Positions 28,070-43,137 of a DNA stretch of 64,000 nt are shown here, piece by piece. Position 1 is the stretch's first letter; each line of letters begins with the position of its first letter. Made by a program: the position numbers and the translations under genes. The notes beneath the pieces are model-generated. The model saw nothing but the letters and a program-made list of their open reading frames with translations, was not told the origin of the DNA and searched no databases. Origin of the DNA: the human T2T-CHM13v2.0 reference genome, Homo sapiens; the NCBI RefSeq assembly GCF_009914755.1, contig NC_060935.1; one strand, written 5' to 3'.

Positions 28070-29040
28070 ACAATTAGGATGTTATTGATTGCATATGAAA
28101 GCAACTCCAATTCCAAACAGTTTATACATTAAGAAAATTAGTTCTCACCCACAGGAAATTCAGAAATATATAGGCTTCTCCGTTGGGATTAAACCAAGCT
28201 GCATATAAAAGAAAACATTAAGTAACAGTAGCTTATGTAAGTTAGAAATTGCTAGCTTACATAGAGAAAGTGCTGTATTTCTCTCACATAAAAGAAGCCC
28301 AGAGAAAAACATTCAATAGCTGGTATGGCAGGACCCACACTCTCAGCACTACCATCTTCAGTATACGACTTGTATTCTCAAGTTAGCTTCATGGTCACAT
28401 ATTGGCTGCCATTATTCTAGCCATCATGCCCACCTTCCAAGAAGCAGGAAAGTAAAGAAAGTTAGGGCAAAAAGCCACATAACTTCCATTGACAAGGAAA
28501 TCTAGAAAATGTGGTTTTATATCTGGGTACATTACTATACTTATCAATATAGATTTGGTGTTACTAAAGGAGAATAGAATGCCCACTGGAAAAGCAAGTC
28601 GCAGTTTCTGCTGCTGTAGGCTTCTAGGATGGGTTATTTAGTGACTCAGTCCAATCCTAAAGGACCCAGATTCTCTCCATCCCTGCACTTCAATCTTGGG
28701 TATTGACCTCACCCTCAGATTTGGTGGCAAATGGCTGTGCAGCAGTTGCAAATGTCCCATCCAGATGCAATAAAACCAGAGGAAGATGAAGGAAACTCCT
28801 CCCATAGCACTCCCTCAGAAGTGAGAACACTTTTCTCAGAATCTCATCAGCAGATTTCTAATGGTCAAAATTAGATCAGGGGAAAAGGCAGCCTTTCCTT
28901 TGGAGGTGAGGGTGAGCACATATTCCTTAAAGCACATAGCTTCATGGGGGAGAGTGGGATAACTGGTCAAATTTAGGGTCTGTGAGAAAGGAAGAGGGAG
29001 GTGGGAGCTGGATGTTGGATGCAAAGACCAACTCCACCAT
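28070..29040 (-). mobile_element. Old MLT1-type LTR fragments, probably one nested in another
   Basis: atggctgccattattctagccatcatgcccaccttccaagaagcagga; aaggacccagattctctccatccc...atggctgtgcagcag. Confidence 0.5.
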
Positions 29041-30009
29041 ATTCTAGCTTTGGACCTTGCCACGGACTTAATACCTCCAAGCTGGAGGTATTGAGCTGCC
29101 TTCTCTGTTAATGACTAACTTGTAGGGTGTTGTAAGGCTAGAGTGAGATGTGTGTCACATATGTGTGTGTGTGTAATTTTACAGTTCTATAGATATGAGC
29201 TGTTCCATGCTCTTGCAACACAAGTAATGCTATAGGTCTTTATTTCTCTAATAAAATGGAAGCTGCTCAAACTCCCATACACGAGATTGGAAGGAAGTTC
29301 AGTTACTGCACTCTAGAGACTTCTCTTCTCTGGGGCTTATAGAGCCCAGAAAAGAGGTTTGTCAAACTGCCACTTTCCCACCAGGATGCTTCCGGAATCA
29401 CTTGGCCTCCTGTTTCTTTTGCTGTTACTGCTTCTCACTACTTCCTAGCAACTAAAATTAAAAATACTTCTTGTAACAACGATTGAGAATGCCCTCTGTG
29501 TCATGCACTCCAAGTGCTACAAATAAACGAACTTGTTCAATGACACCAGAGCCCCTCTGGGTCTGTGGCCCTCCACATGTCTGCTGCTGCCGCTCCATGC
29601 TGCCATGGGGTGCCACTCCCCAGCTCCCTGTCTTGTCATGCCAAGACAGCCTTTGAAAGACTGAAAGGCTTTGAAAGTGTCTCCTTCACTGATTCACTCC
29701 CACAAAACCACATAAAATCCTGGAGGCCCCTTGTCTAGCACTTCAGGACTTTGGTTTTACATGCCCAGTTTTCTCAGGCACTCTCATGATTATTCTCCTC
29801 TACAGCCCCCAGCCTAGAGCCCACTCACTGTCTTGCTTCTGTTTGGGAAATCTTCTACCCCTCTTGGATAATTTCCTACTTCAACTTTATCCACTCCCCC
29901 ATACACCTACAAACACCAGTCATGCCTGCTTTATTATCCTAAACTAGAGCCTGACAGCTACCTAATATCCCCTCCACACACACCCGCATTGTGTATCTGC
30001 CATATGGGT

Positions 30010-30460
30010 GAGATATGGTGATCCCACCACCACTGCCCCCATAAGTATGCTTTGCTCAGATAACCTAAGCCAATCAACATTCTCCAGTCAAAGGGATTCA
30101 GTCAAGTATCAGCATGAGACGCAATTTGAATGGGTGAGAACGGACCTGAGCTTTTTCAAGGAACTTCTAGGGGCAAAAAATATTTCTCTATCTCCTTCTA
30201 GATAATGTGTAAGTAAAGGCTGGAACTGCTGCATCCATTTTGCCACCATGAGGAAGCCAGGCTGCTGCTGTATGAAAAGCATAACAGGAAGCTTGAAAGA
30301 AACTAGCGCTGGATGACATTGGTGAGCCCTTAAATCAACCCAACCCAGAAGACCTTCTAGGTACTTGTACCTTAAATCTATCTCCTATATTGTTTAACCA
30401 ATCTGGAAGTGAGATTCTTATAGTTTAAAAAAAAAAAAAAAAACAAGACTTAAGTGACCC
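30010..30460 (+). mobile_element. Old MLT1-type LTR
   Basis: ctggaactgctgcatccattttgccaccatgagg...tgtttaaccaatctggaag. Confidence 0.5.
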
Positions 30461-30627
30461 AATGAGGCATCCAGAAATGGCCCAGACCTTAGAAAGGCCT
30501 TAATTCCCTAAGGCTGGGATAAGAACACCCCAGGTCAAGGGAATAATATGAGAAATACTGCCCTAACCGAGGACCTAATTAGACTTCTAAAGGAGTTCAG
30601 CCTGAACCTAAAAGAAAGGATGCTTAA

Positions 30628-31085
<458 letters not shown>

Positions 31086-32234
31086 TTAAACAAATGCAGG
31101 TGATACCCCTGGCCCCTGGTTTTTAATGGCACTCAACTCCCCTCCCTTCCTTTCCATCTCCACTGCTGCCACCCAAGCCCACACCCTTGCTACCTTAATT
31201 CCAGCTCCATTGGGGCAACTTCTTAACAGTCACCTATCTATCTGCCTTTTGACCATCTGATGCCATAAAGCATGAATTATTCATTTAAGAGCATTCCCTT
31301 GATCATTTCAGTCTGCTCAAAAATATATGCTGAGTATAATGAATTTAGATAGATGTCCAGGAATATAAGAAATTTTTTGAAAAAGAAAAAGAAGAAAGTC
31401 CTTTCTCTTCAAATTTCCTTTTCCCAAGGTAAGGTATGTCAACAGTTAGATATGTATCCTCTCAGACTTTTTTCAAGGAATAAATATATTTTTTACTTTT
31501 CTTTTTCAACAAAGCACACTATAGCTTTATAAAAGTTACTATAGTACAAGAGAGGGACTGCCCTGAGATCACATAAAAAACCATCCCTACATGATTCCTT
31601 AGGGCCACATTCACTCAAAATAATGGAAGTTTAAACTCAACTGCCCTTCTGGGGGAGCACTCTGAACACAATTGGAATACAACTCTAATTTTGTTGCTGT
31701 GATATTTCTGTTGTTACATTCTCCACTGACTTAATTAGTGCATGCTATTGTCTGACACAATGTCACTTTTACTCCAGTTATAGCCAGAGGCAGTTAGCAC
31801 AAAATTCACAATATTTTAAATTCCAATAAAACTATCCCGCCTAATGGTCCTGTTTCAGCAACTTTAGAGGGTAGAACACCAGCATCTGAAGCTGCAAATG
31901 CGAAAAAAAAGCTTTCCATGGTGTCTCAGAAAGAGTACTCCTCAGAGGGTCCATGGCTGGGCATGAACTCCTGAGAGTTCCTGGTGCTTTGTTCTCCCAA
32001 ACCATACACAAAAGAGCTGACTCAAAGGCTTGGCTTAAAATGATGTTAATACCATGCTGGTTCTGGGAGCAAATATTATATCATAATTTCCAATCTGTTG
32101 TAGTCAAGACTATGACTACTCAACAGTTCTGTGACCTGTCCCAGAGCAGCCAGGGATGGGTACCAAAGCTGCCAGTCTTGGGTCCTTTCAAGCTAGCTTT
32201 CCAATACAGATGGGTGGTCAGGACCGGGTGACCT

Positions 32235-32425
32235 GAAGACACACTGGCCCAGGTTTGAATCTGGCCTTAGCATTTAAGAGTCCTATCATCTTAAGCAATT
32301 TACAAGTCTCTGAAGCTTGGTTTGCTCATCTGTAAATGGGGCTTATAAAACCCACCTGAAAGGGTTTGTGAGGCTATGTGAGCTGCCTGGCATGTAGCAA
32401 GACTCGGTAACTGGTATCCGTTATT
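32235..32425 (+). mobile_element. MIR
   Basis: ccaggtttgaatctggcc...ggtttgctcatctgtaaatgggg...cctggcatgtagcaagactc. Confidence 0.7.
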
Positions 32426-33684
32426 AGTCTATCCCTGGTTGTTAGAGATGTGACTTCTGCCTTCCAATAAGTAATTTCTGATCTCTTCCCCAGCAACTGC
32501 CCAACTCCACTTCCAAAGAAAAAAAAAACAAATCACAAGGAATGGGTGGGCGGCAGAGGGCAGGATTTATTGCCACTAGAAAGGACTCTTACAGGCTGAC
32601 CGGAGGGGAGCTAGCTGAGCAAGTCCTCTGTGGCGCAGATGTTGCCAGGAAGCATTACAGAGAACACAGAACATTCCTCCTCCCCCCCTAAACTGGCTAA
32701 GCTCTCTGCTTCTCACTTTATCCTCAACCTCTTGGGCCTTGGCTGGGTGCCTCTTTGCTGGGAAACACGGATGGTCCACATAGAAAATGCAGTCTGGATT
32801 TGAGCTCGCCTTAGAAAAGCCCTAAATCAGTCTGCCCCAGGGCAATGACATGTTTGTCTCTCTCTCTGTCTTTCACACACACACGCACATGCACACACAT
32901 ATGCACACGTACAGATTATACTTTGTGTGCCTTCTGTATGCTTCATATTCTCTGCCTCCCAAATGACAGCTGTAAAATGACAGCTAGTGATAGAAAAATC
33001 AAAAGATCCTCTATTACTTTTCTTTACCCTAATAAAGGTCTCAAATTCCCTTTCTAACCGGAGGGGCAGCACTAAAACAAATTTATGGAAATTCTGGATC
33101 TGGTAACCATTGGAGTCAAGAAGACAAGTGTTGTTATTGTTGTGTGGGTGTGTTTGCCATCATAATCAACATTTATTCAGACCCAGGGCAGACGTGTCAC
33201 TGCGATGTATCACCAAGCACATGAATGATGAATCCTGCTGGTTCCTTGTAAAAGGATGCATAAAACACATTTTGTCGAGATCTTACAGTATAGCTCTACT
33301 TGCTTTATCCATTGTTAGAGGTTTCACGTTATTATTTTCAAAGAAATGCAAGATTATAACTTTTTAAAAAAATCAAACAACACAAAATTGTTGGGATGGA
33401 CATGTGCAGAATCACAGTCCAGCACAGAACTGTTCCCTTACATACTAAAGTCTGGATGAGCCGATGCTGGAAACCTGGTCCTAAAATAGACTAATCAGAT
33501 TCCTCCTTCCTGGAATATTAAAGCTTGAATGGAAGGTGCCTGTAGCTGAGACATCTTATACCCACAACCCTTGATCAAAGGCGCTCCTGTTTACATACCC
33601 AGGGCCGCCAATTCTGGTGTTTGCTGGTGCCATTGATGCTTCTATTGATGCTGTTACTAGTAGTGAGTATAAATTTTGCAATCA

Positions 33685-34091
<407 letters not shown>

Positions 34092-34756
34092 TCATTCCCA
34101 CAATGAGTTATAAAGTAAAAACGTATGCAGTATAAAAGTGAAAGTGCCCCCCACACACAAACATCTTCTTGGGAGTAATGCCATTAACAGGTTAGTGTGT
34201 GTCCTCCAAGACATTCTGTGCAGCTTCATGTGTGATTTTTAATATTTATTGAGTGCCTACTATATGCCAGAAACTGCATTATAACTTTTCACTTGCTCTA
34301 ATCCCATAATCTCATTGAATTCTTGTAATACTTCCGCAAGGCAAGCATTAATATCCTATTTTTACAAATGAGAAAACCAAGGTGGGAAGACTTCTATAGT
34401 CCAGCTACTCTCACTTATCCTAAAAAGCCATGCAGACCTGTTGTCACCCCTAACTAAATGGCCCTCCCAATGGGGAGAGATGAAGACAAAGTTTAACATC
34501 ATGCTTTGATCTGCTGACTTGATTTTGCCCTGAGTGAGAGGGGGTATCATGCACAGGAGCAGAAAAACAGGAGGAAGCTTTTTGCTTGTTACCATTTCCT
34601 GTTAACTATCTCAGAGTTGTTGTATAATCTTTTTCCCCCAAAAAAATTTCACTCAGCAAATAAGTCAATAATCAGTGATTACCTGCACTTTCTTTCTCTG
34701 ACTTCTTTGGTTAGCTCTTCTGCTTATTGAAACAGGTAAGCAGAGAAAAGTATTTA

Positions 34757-35134
<378 letters not shown>

Positions 35135-38100
35135 CTAAATATTCTAGCTTTTTAGCAATCCTTGGTTTCTTTTTTCTGTCCTCATTATTGGAGTTTTAGC
35201 AGCCATTGTAACATACAGGTAACATGCACCTGTAACTATGTGGAAAACATGAGATAGAGATAGAATCTGCAGATGTGAGTCACACTGGGCAAAGACGGAG
35301 TGTCCTGTAAAACCTCTGAGGTGAAACTCAGGTAAAGTGCATTCATGTTCTTGGTGTGTCAGGAACTAGCTGAGAACCTAGGGCTCATCACGCAACTCTC
35401 TGAAGCTCAGCTTTCTTCTTCATCAGTAGGAACAGTAACTAACCCCTGCCTTACTACCCCTCCCTAGCAGGTTGTTTTGAAAACCCAATGAGATCAGCCT
35501 GTGAAACTGCTCGGCCAAACTGCAAGGAGCTAGATAATAACCATTGTTATTCCTCAGCTTTTGTCCTGCTATTCCTCAGGCCGAGATTGTAAAATGTAGC
35601 CATTTTTTAAACTCAAGCAGCAAGAAGTGGCCTTTAAAGTTTCTTTCTTCTTTTATTCTTCAGGTGAAATGAAAGGGAAGGAGACATTCAGCATCAAGTC
35701 TCAATGTGTGGTGTGAAACAAACACACCCAGCCCCACAGAGGCATCTTCCCTGGGGCAATCTCAGAGTTTGCTCATGGGAGGGGCAAAACCAGAGGAGAA
35801 ATGACAGCAGGTGTTCTTGCATTGCCATTCTTGTCCAGGCTGATCTGCTCCCCAGACAGAGACAGTGCCATTTCCAGGATTGCCAGGCCAACCCTCCTCT
35901 TTCTGGATCAATCACATCCCACTCAATAAGGTATTAATCCTGTGGAGCTTTCTGTACTGCAACGTACCTCCCAGTAAATGGGCTTGGGCTTAATCATTCA
36001 GCAGAGATGAGGATGCAGGTAGTACCTATATCAAACAGCCTTGAGAAAGACGACGTGCAGGTACTAAGGAGAGAGGCAATTCCCCTGTAAGAGTCCCCTT
36101 TGCTAATTCACCAGTGTTTCTCAGCCCCAGGAAGCCAAGTGGCATTGTAGTTAACATAACCTTGGTCTTTTGGCAGACAAGAGTTGGGGTTCCTCTTTTA
36201 CCCAATAGCAGAAGTCTTCTGGTCTGAGGCTTACTCTAATGATGCTCCTTTTTCCCATGAATGAAATGGGAAAATAAGATCTTGCGGTGTTGTGGGAGGA
36301 TCTTAAAGATTAAGTGCTTGGAAAACTCTCAGCACACTGCCTGACGTGTAGAAAGTATGCTGAAAATGTTAAATTGTGTCTACCAGAAATCCCTTCAGGG
36401 ACCCCCCAATTTGATCCCTAGAAAAACCTTGACCTGAACTAGAAGCTGAGATCCTGAATGGATCCTGAATGGGAGTAGCCCTGTTTTACATGATGTAAGA
36501 GGAAAGTTTCACCTGTTTCCCCACACGGGCGGGAGAGAGAAAGGAAAGAGAAGACAGCTGCATGGATGAAGACCTTGCGCAGTGCAGTGACCTCTCCTCA
36601 GCGAGCCCCACCAGATCTTCAGGAAAGTCAATGAACTCATGATATCTTGGTCCAAATGCAGGCGGGGGGGTGGTTAAGGCAGTGAACTTCACACCCATGC
36701 TGATGTGTGTTGGAGCCAAAGTCACAACTGTGAAAGCAGGAAGTGGACACAGACAGAAGTTTGAGGCACAAAGCTCCAGGGACTCTCAGGAACAGGGGAA
36801 AGTCTTTGAACCTCCCTGCCACCGAGACCATACAATAGGAATACAAATAGGAATTTAGGCTAAGTCCAATTGGATCTCAAAAAAGCAGGTGGCTTCAACT
36901 GACAACAGGGTACATCATTATTATCATCATGATCATCACCATCACTGCCATCACCAACATCATCAAATGATGTTGTCTGCCTATGGAATGCAAAAAGCTG
37001 ATTTTCGGCAACCAAAGCTAGGGCCCTGGAAGCTAACACATTCTTAACCAGGGCTGCATTACCTAAGAACTTCTGTTTTTTCACTCACCTGATTGTGGAA
37101 ATATCAAACTACCTCTACGCTCACTATTCCCCATCAGTGAGTGTCTGTAAGTTATCCCTTGCCTTTTCCTACTCTTGCCAGCCATTTTTCAGTCCAGCAG
37201 CAATGGCTTTTCCTGGGTCTGGAAGTCTCCTGGTCTCCCACTTAGGTGACTCACTATTCCGAAGCCACTTTTCTGCACTGCAGTAAGCCCCCAGTTACAA
37301 ATTACTTACCTGCTGGCCATCATTTTAATGTAAATGGATTTTAAAAAGCAGCAAAGGAATATATTTTCATTTGGAGTTAAAGCATCCATTTTTTATTTGA
37401 GTGTGAGCCTGGTCTAGGAGAGATGGCAGAAGAATGGCTCCAAGGCTAATATGGTTAATGATTATGATGGAGATCCCATGAGCAGCCGATATTTCACTTG
37501 CAACCATCTCGATCCGGGCTTTGCTGGCTGCAGTACTTTCTTTTTTTCACAGCTACTTCCATTAACACCCACCGCCTATGATAGAACCATTATGATAATA
37601 TCTCTGCTTTCGGCAGCCTCAATTGGTCTTGACACATTATCACCCTAAGAGCTTAGCCACGTCGCACTAAGTCCTATTTATAATAACCCTTGGCAGGAGC
37701 TACCAAAATAAAACCTGGTACTTATGAACTACCTTTCATCTGAGGAAATCAGAAAGCTTTACAAGCTTAATTAAGCTTCAGCATCTATCTGACTGATGAG
37801 ATATGTGGGGCCTTGGAAAGCTGAGGAGGCACAGAATCACTAATTGTGCACTGGATAAATCTCTGGGTGGCAACGAAGAATAGAAATCAACAAAGAAGAA
37901 CGAGAGTCACCTCTTTTAGTGGGAGTGTTTGTTGAGTGAATTTTTTCAGGGTGGGTTGAGACCAACAATCATAGGTTATTGATGAAGGGGCCATGGAGGG
38001 TCTCTAATGAGGTGGCTCTCAATCTAGGGCGGGGGCCTGAGATTTACTTCTTTTGCCAAAAGAGGATTAAGCTAATTCAACACACTCAAGGGCTTTCAAG

Positions 38101-38149
38101 GACAAAGAAATTGAGCTCCTGAAAGATGTGGTAATCTGCCTGTGGGCAC

Positions 38150-38630
38150 ACAGCTGTTGAGCTCACACACTGTTCCCTCTACTTGGCTGAATCTCCCACC
38201 CCACCTGTAAATCTCCACTTCCCCTTCAAGACTCATCTTAACACCTGCCTCCTCGGTGAAGCCTTCCTGGACTTCCCTGGCAGAATCAGTCACTCCCTAT
38301 TCTATGCTCCTGCGTGTGCTTTCTATTTCCATAATATCTACAGCAATTGATATTTATTGAGTCCTTTCTAAGTGCTTAAGGTACATTTTATCCATACAAT
38401 AATGAGGCAGGTACAGTTACCATCTCCATTCTACAGATGAGTTAAGTGGTCCGGAGAGGCTAAGTGATTTTCCCAAGATGGTACAGCTCATAGGTGCAAG
38501 ACTCAGCCTGGCTGCAGAGCACATGTTCCAAAACATTAAACCACACTACTTTCCCAGTAGCCCAGTTGTGATGGAAGAGATCTGTTTGTTTATAAGTCAG
38601 CCTCCTTCCTTAGTTTGTAAGCTCTGATGT
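38150..38630. mobile_element. L2 fragment interrupted by a MIR (~38345-38550)
   Basis: cccttcaagactcatcttaacacctgcctcctcggtgaagccttcc is L2; ccattctacagatgag...gaggctaagtgattttcccaag is MIR. Confidence 0.65.
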
Positions 38631-38639
38631 GAAAGGGTA

Positions 38640-39160
38640 TGTCATTCAGGAGAATTTGGGCTGCAAACAACAGAAACCCCAACTCAGAGTAGCTTAAACC
38701 ACAGGAAATCTAGAGGAAGGGCATTTCCAGAGTTGATTAACTTGGGGGCTTGGTGACATCAGCAAGGATCCAGGTTCCTTCCATCTCTCTACTCTGCCTT
38801 CCTGATTGTGTGAACGTAGTTCCCCTTGCATTAACATGACTTCCTCAGTTCCAGGCCTCCCATCCAGCCTGAACCATGCAGAAAAGGTGCCATATCTTTC
38901 TTGTGTCTCTGTAAGAGTACAGACAACTTTTCCAGAAACCTTCCACTGGGCTTCCCCCGTAACATTCACTAGCCAGAATGGTCTCACATGCCTAAGCCTT
39001 AACCAGTCACTGCAAGGAATTGAAAGCACCATGACTGGTTCAGCCCAAACAGGATTCAGCATCCCTTAAAGGTTAAAGGCACAGAGGATGAAGGTAGAGA
39101 CCTGCCAAAAAGGAGGAAGGGAAGGCGGAGGATGAAAAGAAGACAACAAACGTTCCCTGA
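38640..39160 (-). mobile_element. Old MLT1 (J/K-like) LTR
   Basis: ggctgcaaacaacagaaaccccaactcagagtagcttaaac...aaggatccaggttccttccatctct...ggtctcacatgcc. Confidence 0.65.
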
Positions 39161-39815
39161 TGCAGGTGTGAAGGAAGATCTGATGCCCAATCACTTATTC
39201 CTCAGTCCTTTGGCCTTTACCATGTGGGCAACAAATGTCTGTGGAACTAAATTATAGTAGAGAAATTCATGTCTCCAAATGCCCAGTCCAGAATTCTTAC
39301 CATCATACTCTGTAACCAGGACTGAAATATGTGTTGGCGACTGCTCTAAAATTTACTAAATTGATTCACCGGTGCTCCAACCTTTAGATTCGAGTCTTTA
39401 ACACTAGTGTCTGCAGGAACCTTTGCAAAGCAGGTCCAAAAGAGAGCTAGGTGGAATAAAGAGAATCGTAAAAATGTGTCTCATCACAATTTACAAGGTT
39501 CTTGTCAACCATGACTTTCTTTCCAGAAACACAATGTGTTCTTAAAAGTGGGACTTGTTCAAGCAGATAGGTTCATTGCATTCAAAGACTACTCTATTTC
39601 CTGACCTCCTTCTAGCTCTCCAGTAGGATTTATCTGGAACCAGGCATCAATATACCCACCCTTGACAGCCAAGAATGTGAGAATGAGATCAGTTAAGCAA
39701 TTTTTGGAAGACCCAGATCATAGTCAAATAGAGATACCAAGAAAAGGAAACTGATCCTCAAGCAGAAACATAATGTACCCTAGGGTAGAAAAGACGGGAA
39801 GGAGGGAATGGCTTA

Positions 39816-40187
<372 letters not shown>

Positions 40188-40297
40188 TATATAGATAGAT
40201 ACATAGATAGATAGATGATAGATAGATAGATAGATAGATAGATAGAGATATCTATCTATCTATCTACATATAGAGAGAGAGAGACAGAGAGAGAGAG
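40188..40297. repeat. Compound microsatellite (TAGA)n-(TCTA)n-(GA)n
   Basis: Visible directly after the Alu tail. Confidence 0.95.
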
Positions 40298-41134
40298 GTT
40301 GGGAGGTCCAGGATCAAGGTGCCAGAAGACTGGGTGTCTAGTGGGGCTACTCTTCCTTGCTCATAGGCAGCGGTATTCTTTCTGGGTCCTCACATGATGA
40401 AAACAGAGCTGGAGAGCTTACTGGGGTCTCTTTTATAAGGACACTAATCTCATTTATGAGGGCTCTACCCTCATGATTTGATCACCTCCCAAAGGCCCTA
40501 CCTCCTAATGCCACCATATTGGGAGTTATGATCTCAACATATTAATTTATGGTGCAAGGAGGAACACAAACATTCAGTCCGTAACAGAGATACATACATA
40601 ATAAAATTATAGCCCAGGGGGTTAGAAAACTCCCCAGGGTCAAAGAGTAGTGGCCAATGTAGGAGTCATACCACTTCCATGGAATATTATACTCATCTCT
40701 GACATCTTTTGTCCCCTCTCTTCCTTTTTGTAGAAGCACGTGGAAGGGTACATTTGGACGCCTCTGTCTTTTCCAGGGGCTTATAACTCAGGAGATCCAG
40801 AAAAGGTCAGGATTGAAGGAGGCAGACTAGTGAGAGGAAGCCAGAAGCTGTCTGCCCGAGGCTGGCTGGAGGCTCTGGGCATTTAACAAGAGTTACACTG
40901 GGAACCTTGGTAGAAGCCAGGTGGTCCAGCTCCATGGGGAAGAAATATTGCAAAATTATCAGGAAAGACACCATTTCAGGCATAAAGCAGGTGCATTGAG
41001 CTGGAACACCACTTGTATTAGGTCTCTCAAGACCAAGTGAGACTTGGTGGAGGACAGCAACAAGAGAAGGAAGACATCCCCATCTGAGCACTGAAACAGT
41101 GAAATAGAAAGGAAATAGAAAGGAAAAAGAACAA

Positions 41135-41900
41135 CAACAGCTATACTATAGTGAACACTTAGATGCTCTTTTAAGCACTTTAAATATAAGCACTAATTTA
41201 ATCATCACAATAATCTATAAGATTTGTTCCTATTACTAGTAATCATGAGATATTGTATATTGTTATAATTTTTGTTAGTAATACTAGTAATACTGTTCTT
41301 ATTGCATTTTACAGATATATACACTGAGGCACAAAGGGGTTAAGTAACTTACCCGAAGTCACATGCCTGGTAAGTGGCAGGACTGGGTTTTAATGAGACA
41401 ATCTGGCTTGACAGTTCACACTCTTAACCATTTCACTTGGGAACAAACCCCAGAGAACACATGAAACCAAAATTTCATCTCAGTTGAATCTATTTTGATT
41501 TAATGTAATAATTTCTGCACCTGACATTTCCCTAGCAGTTTATAATTTACAAAAGGTTTGGTCCCCATCATTTTGGAATCGCAGCCCTGCCACTTCCTTG
41601 CTGCATGACCTCATTCCACTGATTGGCTAAGCTTCCACTTCCCCATCTGTAAAGTGGGTATAATAATACTTTTGGGGGGGTTTCATGAGATAAAGCACAT
41701 GCAGGGTTTAGCTCCACACCGAGCCCATAATAAGAGTTCAATAAGTGTTTGCTGCCACTGATGCTGTGGTTATTATTAATATTTCACTTGAGCTGCATGA
41801 CAACCCTGTGAGTTAGGAAGGATTTATTAACTTATTTCTCAGGTTCTGAAACTGAAACTCACAGAAAGTAAATAACTAGAACAAGGAACAAGCCAGAAAG
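41135..41900. mobile_element. Cluster of MIR fragments
   Basis: actgaggcacaaaggggttaagtaacttacc (-), ttccccatctgtaaagtggg (+), acaaccctgtgagttagg (-). Confidence 0.7.
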
Positions 41901-43118
41901 TGCTAATGCCAGACTTGGAAAATATTCCAATTCCAAGCCTCCTCCCCTGCTTCCAACCCTCAACTCCACCTCCTCTCTTTCCCCCAGGAGGCACCATTAC
42001 ATGAACCAGATCATTCTTCAAACAGGACTGTGGAAAAGTTTGAAGATATTGGAAGTTCAGGCTCAGGGATAAATTCTAAGGAGTATTAAGAAAGTCATAA
42101 AAGTGCAAATGGATTTCTCATCCCCAAGCAACTGCCAGAGGGCAGAAGTGACTGAGGTGATTAACTATGCTACCCCACAGAGCCAAAGTGGTTTGGCCAC
42201 AGGTGGCAGGGGAGTGTCCTCAGTCCAGAAAATAAAGGAGAATGGGAGTATTTTCATCTAACAGCTAAACAGAGGCATGTTTTTAAACCCTGTCTCAAAT
42301 AATCAAATACCATTCCAAAACTGCATTCCACTTTGAGGAAGGGGCAGTGTTTGTTCCTTTGGTTTTCTGTATTTCTGCATTTCAATTAATTTGTTAAAGT
42401 TTAACAAATTAATGCATCCTGTTCTGGTACATGATGCATTCAGTCCTATGGCTATAGGCAAAGGGCTGCTCAATGATAAAATTAGTCCATCTTATGAGGT
42501 GTACGATCTTAGTCAATTTATTTAAGTCTGGGTTTTTTTCATCAGTACCAGCAATATGGTTAGGAGATTCCAGGATTTCTAGTCTCTGGATTTGAAGCCA
42601 GCCCTCCCAGAATTAAAATCATGTGCTTCCCCTCACATCTATCATGCAAAACCCTCACCAATATTTTTTCTTTTTCAAATGAGTGGAAGTTCTTATTTTG
42701 TATTCTTTAATCAGCTGAACAATAACTCACAACCGTTGGACAAAATTGTTTTGCATTATTTAGTAGTAAGGTATTTAATTTAAAAAAACTTGATACATGC
42801 TACTTGCATCTCATTAGCATTCTAACGATGTATTCAGCAAATTGTTGTTGAACACACACTAAGTGCCAGGCATTGTGCCCAGGCAGCCATAAAACAATGG
42901 ACAAGACAGACTCCCCAGGAAGTTTACAATGGTAGTTACTTACAGCTTTTGTTAGCAGCCAAAAAGACAGAGACCCCAACTACTTTGGATTTCTCCATAT
43001 CCCCTAGGACATAGCTTGGTACACAGTAGACATTTAATAGTCTTCCGAATTTAACTTCAACAATTAATCATCCAGTTAAAAATGTCTACTTTTCTCCAAT
43101 TAGATGATACTCTACTTA

Positions 43119-43137
43119 TGCCCACTAGGTGGCGATC
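43119..43137 (+). promoter_or_regulatory. Candidate CTCF site
   Basis: TGCCCACTAGGTGGCGATC closely matches the CTCF core CCASYAGRKGGCR. Confidence 0.6.
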
